Shown here one piece after another: positions 11,791 through 23,666 of a stretch of 64,000 nucleotides of DNA. Positions within the stretch are counted from its first letter, which is position 1. Each line of letters opens with the position of its first letter. Location: positions 38,874,001 through 38,938,000 of the forward strand of contig OX597833.1 of NCBI GenBank assembly GCA_951406725.2, in the 5' to 3' direction. The notes under the pieces were generated by a model. The model was given only the letters and a program-made list of their open reading frames with translations. It was not told where the DNA came from and ran no database searches. The DNA comes from Octopus vulgaris. Its lineage: Eukaryota. Made by a program: the position numbers and the translations under genes.

Positions 11791-13427
11791 TTGCCCTAGA
11801 TACACTACATTGACGAAAAAAAATGACCTTTCAATCAGAAGTGACTGAACAGAGCTAAGATTACTGAAACATGCAATAATAATTGATCAGCCGGTACCTG
11901 TCACTTCGCTGCTGGGTAATGACCTCGTTGAGCTGAAATAAACCCTTCAGCAGAAGCCAACTACAATGATCATGTTGATATGCTTAACAACAACCTGTTT
12001 TACTTTTTTGAAATAAATTTTAATACTACCTTTCACATACACACACACACACACTCTCTCTCTCTCTCTCTCTCATTGTATTTCTCTCTCTCTCAGCAAC
12101 AACAACAACCTATCATAATAGTGAAAGATTTTTTTTTAAAGTCTGTGTTGTTTTTGTCTATATTTGAAAGACATACAGAAAAACACACACACATATACAA
12201 CCAACCCCCAAAATAACTACATATATATATATATAGTTAATTTACTGAAGTCTGTTGCAATGTGTTGACAAACTTGCACTTAAAATTCCCATGCTTTTAA
12301 TCAAAACTTGTTAGTAACTATGGTGACAACACTACCTACCTAGCTCTCTTTCATATACACTCTCTCCATCTCTCACTATATTTCTCTCTCAACAACTTTT
12401 TCTTATCCCCTTCTTCACTCCCTCTATATAGATGCTGTGATGGAGAGAGAGAGAGACTAGCTTCTCCTTTGTAATACGAGATTATTACCTCTGGTTGCGT
12501 CAAGCTAATACATTCACTGTGTATGTCCTTTCGACTTTTGTCGTTTCTGTTTTTGATTTCATTTTTGAATTGCCTATTTACATAAACATATACATAAGTA
12601 TATATGTATGCATATACACAAGTATATCTGTACACTGTAAAATACAAACACAAATCCATACATAATTCACATACTGTGTACACACACATACACACACATG
12701 TATAGAGTTTCAAATGGTGTAGATCAAAATTGTATTAGCAGAGCATATCATCAATCAAAAGTTAAACAAGAGAACCTGATATCTCACAAGTTATTAACAT
12801 GCACAAAAAAGAAAGTATTGCACAAGTCAGTTACATGAGAGAATATAACATAAGTTATTGCAAATTTATGAAAAGGGTTAAAAAATTAGGACCAACGTCA
12901 ACAAGCTAAATAACTGTGAAGATTAGATATATACAAGATATCCAATTTTACTAAATATTACACAGTTCTTCAACTGTTATGGCTGCAAAGTTGAGAAGTT
13001 CTCTCATAGAATACATGCTTCCTGGTGAGTGTGTGTGTGTGTGTGTGCATGCACACACACTTGGGTATATATATATATATATATATATATACATACATAC
13101 ACACACACACACACAAATATACAGAAATATGTGCATACATAAATATTTAGATATATGTTGTATATGCATATGTATGTAAATTTGCAAATACACACATACT
13201 TGTATGTATATTCATGTAAACATTAATACAAACATACATCCATGCATATTCATGTATATATATATACACATGTAATATGCTTCAAATGGTGGAGATCAAA
13301 ACTGCATTAACCAGAGCAATGAAAATATCTATCGATTCAAATATATATGTTTATTTATGTACCCATGCATACATATACACACACTCATAGACATATATAT
13401 GCACACATTCATATATATATAGAAATA

Positions 13428-13836
13428 GGTTCAGGTGTGGCTGTGTAGTAATTTGCTTCCCAACTACATGGTTCTTGGTTCAGTCCCACTGCATGGCACT
13501 GTGGGCAAGTGTCTTCTACTATAGATCAAGGACAACCAAAGCCTTGAGTGGATTTGGTAACTGGAGACTGAAAGAAACCCTTCATATATAGGGGAGAGAG
13601 AGAGAGAGAGAGTGTGTGTGTGTGTGTGTTACTATCTCCTTGCCTTTGTGTGATAGTTGCAAATGAGTATCATATAGGTAGTGTCTTTCATTCCCAATAG
13701 TCTATGGAAATATTACCTTACATGAAACAGGTGAAGGTTGACAACAGGAAGGGCATCTGTCCATAAAATAATCCACCTCAGCAAATTCTATCTAACTCAA
13801 TGAGCATGGAAAAGTGGACATTAAAACAATGATGAT
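13428..13836 (+). mobile_element. SINE family A2
   Basis: Same head, body and RTE-type tail as 11162-11552. Confidence 0.8.
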
Positions 13837-14594
13837 ACACATATACACACATGCACATATAGAAATTGGTGATATGCAGTCCTTGAGAAGACTCACTCAT
13901 GTCAATGAAACTAAGGTTCTGGAAGCATACATGTGCTTATACGTAACAGAGCTCCTTGTCTAATTTCCTTATCAAGCTTTCTGCATCATCCCTCCACTTG
14001 CCTTCTATCATTAATAAATGAGAGCAGAACTGCCTGTTTCATCTTTCCTGTGATACCAGCTATCTTTCTTATATTACCAGGAACGACTTCACTTGACATC
14101 CATCCTTGATACTTGACATTATGCTTCTCCACTCTTACTTTGCATTGATCACCCTTCTTTGCTACCAAATTATCTCTCTCCCTCCACCACCATACATCTC
14201 ATTCTCCCCATGCATTATGTCTGTTACTACTCATGTAACCTTACTTGTTATCTCCCTTTCATCCATCCCAATTACTGTATCATTACTATTTTGTAGCTCA
14301 TCTCTTCTGCCTGGTCAGTCATCACCAACTCTCAGCTACCTTCCTTCTAATCATATCAATTGCTAACCACCCTTCAATATTTGTTCATTCATTCTCCTCA
14401 TATACTCTTGCAGTATTTATACACCCACCGGTTCTGTTCACTTCCCCCAGCTCTGATACTTTCTCACCACCATTTTTACCTCTTTTCAGCTCCATCCACC
14501 CTGGTATAATGCAAATAGTCAAGTAGCTCCTCTACAGAGGAAACCTGTTCCAACCCCTTCTTTCATACTTTAACCTAGCCTAAAACCACATCCC

Positions 14595-14901
14595 GTGGAA
14601 GTGCAATGGCCCAGTAGTTAGGGCAGCGGACTCGCGGTCAGAGGATCGCGGTTTCAATTCCCAGACAGGGCATTGAGTGTGTTTATTGAGCGAAAACACC
14701 TAAAGCTCCACAAGGCTCTGGCAGGGGGTGGTGGCGACCCCCGTTGTACTCTTTTGCCCCAACTTTCTCTCACTCTTTCTTTCTGCTTTTTGAGTAATGC
14801 TGTGATGGACTGGCATCCCGTCCAGCTGGGGAGAACACATATGCCACAGAAACCGGGAAACCGGGCCCACGAGCCTGGCTAGGCTTGAAAAGGGCGCATA
14901 A
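14595..14901 (+). mobile_element. tRNA-derived SINE family C with a V-domain-like 3' half and 13-bp TSD
   Basis: A-box tggcccagtagtt and B-box ggtttcaattccc. gatggactggcatcccgtccag...gccacagaaaccggg resembles the V-SINE domain. TSD aaaaccacatccc (14582-14594) / aaaaccacttccc (14902-14914). Confidence 0.85.
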
Positions 14902-15131
14902 AAAACCACTTCCCACTCAACCAAAAAGATCTTAGCCTTGTGTGTTCAGTTGTATTGATGCTATGAAAAAAGTACTCACTACACTCTGTAAAGTGGCTGG
15001 TACTAGGAAGAGCATCCAGTTGCAGAAATCATGCCAAAGTAGACAATGGAGCACAATGCAGTCATCAGTTTCATTGACCCTTGCTAACATTTAGCAAAGA
15101 CATTAAATGATAACACACACACATACACACA

Positions 15132-16000
15132 TTATCATCATCATCATTATCATTTAACATCCATGTTGACATGGGCTGGCTGGTTCAACAAGTTCTAATA
15201 TACTAGAGTACATCAGTTATTGATCTCTGATATCCCAATTTAGCATGTTCTTTGCAGCTGGATGTCCTTACTAAAACCAACCATTTTCAAGGTTGCACTA
15301 GGACAACCCCTCTGTACAGTGGGGGCACAGTACTGAGTGGTTTTGTGCTAGGTATTGAGAGGCTTCAGTATGACAGAGGGACAGGAACGAGTATCTTGCC
15401 ATAAAGGCAATATATAGCTGCACCAGCGGGAAGGGGAGAAAGGGTGCTGGAGATGAGGTATCAAGGGGAATCCTAAAGGTACATGAAGTAGATTAAGGGA
15501 GTGAACATGGACAGAGAATAGAGAATGGCTGGCTGAGTTTGTGAGAGTGTGAAAGGTAAGTGACAGCCGGTTAGAGATGGGGACAAAGGTAGATGCAGTG
15601 AATGGTGAACACAAGTAGAGGCATACTCAATGATGAATTTCAGTTTGGAGGAAGTTAAAGAGGGAATGGGAGGGGGGCAAGGAGGAGGTGATAAGTGGCA
15701 ATTCATAAAAGAGGTGCTGGAGGGCATCAGTGTAACAAAACAGTAGACAGATGATGTGAAGTGTGGGGGTGAGAGAGGGATACAAAGTGAGTGAGACAGG
15801 TCAGATGTACAAAGGGATAGATAGAGTGTGTGTGACAAAGGTTGTGTGTAGCCACTAATGGTAGGTATAAGAGAATGTTCTGGTGAAAAGAGTGTTCAGT
15901 GGAAAATAAAGTGGTAAGAGATGACGTTGAGAATGTGGGTTGAGTGGCAAGGGAAGTGGTTCCAAGGAGAGGGATAAATGAGGGCATGAAAGGGGATTGA
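15132..16000 (-). mobile_element. RTE-type 3' tail plus pyrimidine-rich 3' UTR (decayed)
   Basis: atcatcatcatttaacatccatg...gcagctggatgtcctt is followed by a purine-rich tract on +, the same layout as 2045-2900. Confidence 0.55.
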
Positions 16001-16107
16001 AATACATACAGCTGTACTCATATAATTACAACAGCAAAGGAAACAGTGCCATGATTAGAAGAATGAAAGGAGGATATGAGGAAAGCAATGCATATATATA
16101 TATATAT

Positions 16108-16255
16108 GTGGTGGCGTTAGGAAGGGCATCCAGCTGTAGAAACACTGCCAGATCAGACTGGAGCCTGGTGTAGCCTCCTGGCTTCCCAGACCCCGGTTGA
16201 ACCGTCCAACCCATGCTAGCATGGAAAACGGACGTTAAACGATGATGATGATGAT
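16108..16255 (+). mobile_element. Young RTE LINE 3' tail, 5'-truncated, inside (TA)n
   Basis: Nearly identical to 58537-58678 and ends in (GAT)n. Confidence 0.85.
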
Positions 16256-16260
16256 ATATA

Positions 16261-16296
<36 letters not shown>

Positions 16297-16332
16297 GAAA
16301 GAATGGAGTCGAATGAAGATGTTAACAAAATT

Positions 16333-16425
16333 CCTTTACTCTCTACATATGTTTCGAAGACAACATGGTTTCATTCCAAAGGAATAAAGGGTGCATTATG
16401 CAATCTTCTCATCAGGAAAGAAAGG
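16333..16425 (-). ncRNA. Type I hammerhead ribozyme, mirror copy (GUA triplet)
   Basis: Reverse complement reads cctttctttcCTGATGAgaaga...tcttcGAAAcatatGTAgagagtaaagg; all core residues are intact. Confidence 0.8.
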
Positions 16426-16516
16426 GAGCCTCTCTCGACAACAAGACAAACATCGTTTTGTTTACCATGTAGGCAGTCATCGAAATTTTTGTTTGTCTTG
16501 TTGTTGAGAGAGGCTC

Positions 16517-16609
16517 CCTTTCTTTCCTGATGAGAAGATTGCATAATGCACCCTTTATTCCTTTAGAATGAAACCATGTTGTCTTCGAAACATATGTCGA
16601 GAGTAAAGG
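16517..16609 (+). ncRNA. Type I hammerhead ribozyme (GUC, predicted cleavage after 16598)
   Basis: Stem I cctttctttc/gagag-t-aaagg; core CTGATGA 16527-16533; stem II GAAGA/TCTTC; GAAA 16587-16590; short stem III with palindromic ACATATGT; then C. Confidence 0.85.
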
Positions 16610-16934
16610 AATTTTGTTAACATCTTCGTTCGACTCCATTTTTTCATTTATTCATATACAACACACAAATTTCTGCACATGAACCCAGAGTTTCTACCCT
16701 TGGACAGGTCGCTTCAACCGTGTTTCTGACGTGAATTTGCTACCCTGGTTTCGGTTCAACGAATTTTCCATGCTGACGATAAACATAGGATAATTCATTC
16801 ACCTATTTATATATATATATATATAAAATTTAAATAATGAGGGTGATAAATTGAATATTAATTTAATTAACATCAATTTAAAACCAGTGGCCTAGCATAT
16901 AGAAAAATCTGAAAATTCAGAAAAATTGTATTAC

Positions 16935-17201
16935 ATGCATATAAGAATGGATGACCACTAAGTGGACATCCAATATGCTAGAAATAGATCACCTATGATC
17001 TAACCACAAAGGATAAGAATGTTCTCCAGAAAAATTCAGCAAACACCAGAACATAAGTGGGTATATTTTCATTTGTCTTACCCGCTTATGTTCTGGTGTT
17101 TTCTGAATTTTTCTGGAGAACATTCTTTTCCTTTGTGGTTAGATTGCAGGTGATCTATTTCTAGCATATTGGATGTCCACTTTATGGTCGTCCTTCTTAC
17201 A

Positions 17202-17206
<5 letters not shown>
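16935..17206. repeat. Inverted repeat, ~128-bp arms (16935-17063 / 17079-17206), between (TA)n tracts
   Basis: Arms are reverse complements with roughly 10 differences; 15-nt spacer; unpaired extension at 16825-16934. Confidence 0.9.
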
Positions 17207-17249
<43 letters not shown>

Positions 17250-17262
17250 CACACACACACAC

Positions 17263-19558
17263 ACACTACAATGAAAAATGCAAGCACAGAATGCTAGAAT
17301 ATTCTTGAGTATTGAACTTGGAAAAGTACAGGACAAGCAGTAAAAGTACAGCCCAAGAAGAAAAAGAACTTAAAATATTTGCAAAATAAGTTTCCGAAAT
17401 TGTCCAACAAATAGTGAGAGCACTTTTTGTTTTTTATATATTTTTGTATTTTATTGCAAAATTTTTCAAATTTATGTTAATATTTTTTATTTGAAAATTG
17501 CTTCATATTAAGCTAAAACATTTCTGTCTTATTTTTAGTATTATGTCATTTAAATTTTTTTATTTTCTTAACAAAACTCATTCTCCAAATATTTTAAATC
17601 ACAAATATTGTGTTAAAATTGAACACATGTAGAATATATGTAATTAAAAAAAAACGAAAATTTTTTTAAAGAAACAAAAGAATTTCTTTAAAGTTTGCAT
17701 TATCAGATAACAAAGTATTTTCTATTTACAGTTAGAAAAATATTTTAAAAAAATGAAAGCTAATGAACAAATTGAGTGCAAAATGCAGAAATGACTCCCT
17801 AGCTTTTTTAAAAAAAAAACTTAGATATGATAATACATTGTCAATTTTAGCTTAAATTGCTATTATGTGATTTTTTAAATATATAAAGCACTAAATTTGT
17901 AATATTAAATTTTTAATGTGTAAACTCGCAGGCAATTAGTCTTTTCATTAAAATTGAAAATAAATAGCTTCTCGAGTATTTTAATTTAAAATTTTATGTA
18001 AAAATATAAAATATAAAAAGGTATTTATTGCTATTTTAGTTTTTAAATTCTAACTTCAGCAGCAATATTTAAAGTTTTTTTCTTCTTGTTTGTTTTCTTG
18101 TACTTTTCTGGGCATAATTACTGCTTGTCCTGTACTTTTCCAGGTTCAATACTTCAGAATATTCTAGCATCCTACACCTTCATTTTTCACTCTAGTTCAC
18201 ATTTTTTCAAGGTAACATTTCAATTATTATAATTATTTATATTTACTTCTATATTTTTCATTCTAGTAATACTAAAAATAAGACAGAAATGTTTTAGCTT
18301 AATAGAAAGAAATTCAAAAATCAAAAATATTAAATTAAAAAGAATTGCAATTAAAATAAATATAAAAAAAAGGAGTGCACGCATTATTTGATGAACAACT
18401 CCAGAACTGTATTTTGATCCAAATTTTCCCAAATACCTTCAGCTTCATTTTTCTTGTTTGGCAGCTAGTCTCATATCTGGTGAATATCATACTGTTTTTC
18501 TCCAATATACTGACAGTCAACATTTGCCTGCCATATTGAAAGCAATAAAGGATTGTAATCATTGATAAATTTTTCAGATGATTTTCTTTGAAGTCGATAG
18601 AGCTTTTTTTAACACCTTTTCCATTTCTTCTTAATTTAACACTTTCATCTACAGTGAAGAAATCAAATCTTCCTTCAGCCTTAGGAAAGCCAAATCAACA
18701 TTTTTTTGACCACTCTTTTTTTCCTTTCCATAAATCCTCCAGCAAGTTTTGCTGCATGAATGCACTTGAAAATAACTGACCAATCTGTAAAGAGTGGGGT
18801 TAGATACTGGACATGGCAAGTCACAAGTAATATATTGTTCTATAAATTATTGAATTTTTCTGTTTCATCATCATCGCATGATCCACCAAAATGTTCATAT
18901 CAACAAGGAGCCCCTCTTTATTGATACTCTATTCTTCAAAAATAGTGTGATGTTACCACAAATTGGATTGTTTTTTTGCCAAAAACACTTTATTCATTAT
19001 AGCTCATAATCCTTAATAAAAGCATTCACAAACAACAAAAACATCATTTACACACAAAGTGCTTGTTTTGACAGTTGGGATGTGATTTTATAAACAAGCT
19101 TTGAAGTGCTGACTGAGTTGGTATTTTACAGAAGAAAGATTTTTAAGGCAGAATAGCTGTGAAAACACTTAGAAGATCAGGTAAAACCCTTAAAAAATGG
19201 GGAAAAAGTTGCCAGCAACTTATTATAGAGACTTGAACCCTGTATCTCTCAAATTTTGACTAAGCACTCTGTACCATTAAGCAAAGAGACCCCTGACATC
19301 AGATACCATCTTTTATAACACTAAATATCTTAAAATGACAAACATATTTTGACTTGTTAAAATGATCACTGTTTTTTCACCACTTAGGCAATGTCACTTT
19401 TTTGATAACTAATAATTTTTGACAAGGTTTCCACCATAAGATTCATTTTGTAGAACACTTTCATTTGAACCCAACTATTGTATAACTTTCTCTTACAATA
19501 GCAGAGATATTTTGATTTAAAGTCAATTTTGGGGTTTACCATTTTCTTCATCCCTTAA
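17263..19558. mobile_element. Putative old non-autonomous DNA transposon(s) with long internal inverted repeats
   Basis: 17263-17380 is the reverse complement of ~18063-18196, and ~17400-17545 of ~18262-18405. Very AT-rich; the right end ...catcccttaa is Kolobok-like. Boundaries uncertain. Confidence 0.4.
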
Positions 19559-20439
19559 AGCCACAATATTTTTTACATGTGGATGTGTGGTAAGAAGCTT
19601 GCTTCCCAGTCACATGGCTCTGGGTTCAGTCCCACTGCGTAGCACCTTGGGCAAATGCTTTCTACTGTAGCCTCAAGCAGACCAAAGCCTACACATTCTA
19701 AGTAATTTGCCGACAGTCTTTCAGCGACAACACATCTTGATAAACTCAGTGACTACCACCAAATTCAGGACATGACAGAGAGAATGTTCTTGAAGCTGAG
19801 AATCTGAACTTACAGAGATAATATTTACATATTGCCTGAGGTAACACAACTATATCTCATGATGCAGGGAAACAGTTGCATGTAGAAACAATTGTAGTGA
19901 TTGAAAAATATATGTCCAACCATACTCCTTCTTGATTCTAAATTTCTGCAATTATCTATTCACACATGACAGATGCCCAAAAGCAAACCTGAAAGTACAT
20001 ATAATACTAGTACTGGAGAGTACAGGGTGAAATCTGAAAGTGAACAAGCTTTATACTGTACTCTACTACATTCTTAACGGAATATACCATAATACACACA
20101 CACACACACATATACACATACACACACAAACACATACATATATGTGCATACATTTACATATGTATGTATATACATACATGCATACATAAATATAAACACA
20201 CAAATACACACACACACAGTGTATGTAGGTAGGCATTTAGATATAAACAAGATTATAAAGTAACAGATATAAAGCATTGAGCTAAATATTTCATTGTATT
20301 TAATTCCACACCAATCCCTCCCTCTGAGATCTGAGTTCAAACCATGCCAAGTCTGATTTTGTTGTTTTCCACTTCCTTAACTATGGTGCAATCAATGATG
20401 ATGATTGTGCTGGGAGACATGGATAAAGGAGTATAGTCA

Positions 20440-20710
20440 ATTCAAATGGCTATAGATACATTTGAAAATCAAAGAGAGAAAAGATAACTATGGACAACTG
20501 CTTTGAAACCTCCAGCATCTATATCCGGAACACAAATGTACATTTATACCAAAAATAATTGGAGCACTTGGGTTTGTAAGTAAATGCCTGACTGTCAGTC
20601 TGGATAAGTTTGAATCTTCAGAAAAAGGAAATCAACCAACTGATTCGCACATTAGAAATACAATCTGTAAGTGGAACAGTAAAACTATGCAAGACTTTTC
20701 TCATGTTAAA
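20440..20710 (+). pseudogene. Restriction-like endonuclease (REL) C-terminal fragment of an R4/NeSL-type non-LTR retrotransposon
   Basis: Translates KIKERKDNYGQLL*NLQHLYPEHKCTFIPKIIGALGFV, matching the K..KY..L...IP.(V/I)IGALG motif of REL domains. Confidence 0.6.
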
Positions 20711-20834
20711 TATATGAGATTGTTTTTGTTATCTACATTCCAAAGATTGAGCTTTGTATCTTAGTTAGAAATCAGCTTCTTCTTCAGAGGAAGAATTTAA
20801 ATGATTAAATACAAAAGATACATACATATATAAA

Positions 20835-21263
20835 TGTGGCTGTAGTAAGAAGCTGCTTCCCAACCACCTGGTTCAGGTTTCAACTCTACTGCATGGCATC
20901 TTGAGTAAGTGTTTTCTGCTTTAGTACTGGGCTGACCAAAGCCTTGTGAGCAGATTTGGTAGACAGAAAACAGAAAGACACCTGTCAGTCGCATGTGTAG
21001 GGGTGTGAAAGTGTCTCCTTGTCTTGACATTGCTTGTTAATTGTAAATGATTGTCCCAGCCTGATATGCAGTGTCGTTCATTTTCAACATTCTGCAAGAA
21101 CATATCTGGCCATGGAGAAATACTATCTTACTTCAAAGCAGGTGAGGGTTGGCAACAAGATGGGCATCTGACCATAGAAAAATCTGCCTAAGAAAAAAAC
21201 CCAAAAAAACCTGCTAGCATGGAAAAGTGGATGTTAAAATGACAACAAGAATGATGATGATGA
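20835..21263 (+). mobile_element. SINE family A2
   Basis: Family A head plus RTE-type tail ending atgatgatgatg. Confidence 0.8.
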
Positions 21264-22822
21264 TATACCCCTTATCCATACAAATTTGTTGCATTGGGAC
21301 AGTGAAACTAACAACTCTAAGTACACATGGAATATATGAGTATTTGTGTGTGTATGTGTGTACCTCAGTGATATTTCACTATGACAACCATAAAGGTTAT
21401 GGCTGCAAGAGACAATACTCCAGGAGACCTTATCTTTGCTAAGGTTATAATAACCTTTTAGTGAAGGCCATAAAATCAAGACAGTGTGAATGTTCAAATA
21501 TACTTAGCAGAAACTACAACCACAAAACCAACGACACCACCAAGGAGCATTACGATAGAAAGTAAATTACTACAGGTAATAATAATACCTGGCAAAATGA
21601 ATAAGTGTCTAAAATCTTTCTCTTATATTCATATCCATCTCTCTCTCTCTCTCTCAGGTGTGGCCTAGAGGTACAATGTAGATTAGCAGAAAAATAAATA
21701 GAGCGACAGATTAGTAGGTTTAATCAAAACAATTTGAAAAAGGGAACAACAGTAACTAAATTGAATCATGATTGTGATGATGATGATGCTGATGATGACT
21801 GGCATCACCACCACCATTATCTTCATCTGCATTGTCATCGTGTTGCTCAAGTAAACTTTCTAACAAACAGTTGCTGTCTGTTTAAAAGGCTGTTAGCATT
21901 TTTCATTTTGCAAATGCAGTGTATTAAATTAGAACTGTCCAACCACAACCTTTTCTTCAGCAGCGCAATCCCTAGATACAACATGCATCAACAGTAGCAG
22001 CACCAAATGCTACCACTGCCACCATAATCACCATCACCAACCAGGTAATATTCATAGTGCGTTCTTAATTTTGATTCCTTGCAGCAATTTTCATTAAATT
22101 GATCAAACCAAATGAGGAGAGAGAGAGGGGGGGAGAGAGAGGAGGTAAGTGTAATTAAATGGTTCAAACTGCTCAATACATGTTGGTACTACTACATTAC
22201 ATCATGATCTTTGGATCTTTTGAAGACAGAAATTCTTGATGATGATGATGATGATGATGGAAAGGACAAAAGAAAAAACAACAAAAATTGTAACAAGAAC
22301 ACAAAATACCAATCAATGAATCAGCAAAATCAATCAAACCAAACAACTGACAGTGTGTGACTACCATGACCACCATCACCACTTTAATAGTAAGGGTCTA
22401 TTAAGTCCTGTGGGGTTGTTAAGGACCTGCATATAGCTTTCATTTCATTTGGTTTTGTGATATAAGAATGATAAATAATTTTTTCCATACTATTCCTCAT
22501 CTTTCAAATACCACACAAAACACATTGTACAATCCCCCATCACCCCAACCTTTTGGTATTACATCCTATCCACCCCCTTGTCTCCTCTACAGATTTCAAA
22601 CAATCTCATCTACATTAATCTCAATGACATGGTACAGGAGAGGGAACTGGTGTATAATCATTATGAGCAATGCCTCTCCTTTCAGTAATTTTCTTTCCTT
22701 TTTTTAAACTGCATGTGATATAGTATCTATATCTCTCAGGAATTTTGATGAACTGAGGTAATGTGGAGTAAATTGTATTAGACCCAGAACCAAAAGAAAC
22801 ACCTATGTGAAGACACAATGCT

Positions 22823-22860
<38 letters not shown>

Positions 22861-23015
22861 CAGTATACATGTCCCAAGGAAATGATTTGTGGATTGAACA
22901 ACAATTATTTATATTCATGATGTGTCTGAACTATGCATGGTCGAAACAATCATGAAGGAATAACCATAATACCAACACATCCATTCTTGGACTTAAATAT
23001 ATATATATATAGTAT

Positions 23016-23168
23016 AGGTGCAAGAGTGGGTGTGTTAAGTAGCTTGCTTACCAACCACATAGACATGGCACCTTGGGCTAATGTCTTCCACTATAGCCTT
23101 CGGCTGACCAAAGCCTTCTGAGTGGATTTGGTAGATGGAAACTGAAAGAAGCCTGTCATATATATATA

Positions 23169-23203
<35 letters not shown>

Positions 23204-23409
23204 ATATGTTTATGTGTCAGTGTTTATCCCCACAACATCGCTTGACAACCGATGCTGGTGCATTCACATCCCCATAACTTAGCACTTCAGCAAAAGAAAC
23301 TGACAGAATAAGTACTAGGCTTACAAAGAATAAGTCCTGAGGTTGATTTGCTCAACTAAAGGCGGTGCTCCAGAATGGCTGCAGTAAAATAACTGAAACA
23401 AATAAAAGT
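23016..23409 (+). mobile_element. SINE family A1
   Basis: Colinear with the reference copy at 42074-42484. Confidence 0.85.
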
Positions 23410-23415
23410 ACATAT

Positions 23416-23632
23416 TCTTTTATTCTTTTACTTGTTTCAGTCATTTGACTGCAGCCATGCTGGAGCAGCACTCTGAAAGGTTTGTAGTCAAACAAATTGA
23501 CCCCAGGTCTTATTTCTTAAGCCTAGCACTTATTGTATCGGTTTCCTTTGCTGAACTACTTAAGATACAGGGACGTAAACACACCAACACAAGTTGTCAA
23601 GTGGTGATAGGAGGACAAACACAGACACAAAG

Positions 23633-23666
<34 letters not shown>

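Larger units (their letters stand above)
16291..16808 (+). mobile_element. Penelope-like solo pseudo-LTR with an inverted partial copy (palindrome arms 16291-16452 / 16490-16651)
   Basis: ~162-bp arms with ~5 mismatches and a 37-nt spacer; the right arm extends ~155 bp. Flanked by (TA)n and carries hammerhead ribozymes, a known PLE pLTR hallmark. Confidence 0.7.

Noticed and set aside
16303-16639. Two 75-aa ORFs with identical N-termini on opposite strands
   Set aside because: A by-product of the palindrome; they are antisense to the ribozymes and show no protein motif.
19228-19288. tRNA gene on the minus strand
   Set aside because: Only degenerate A/B boxes with no cloverleaf. SINE heads in the window are likewise tRNA-derived rather than tRNA genes.
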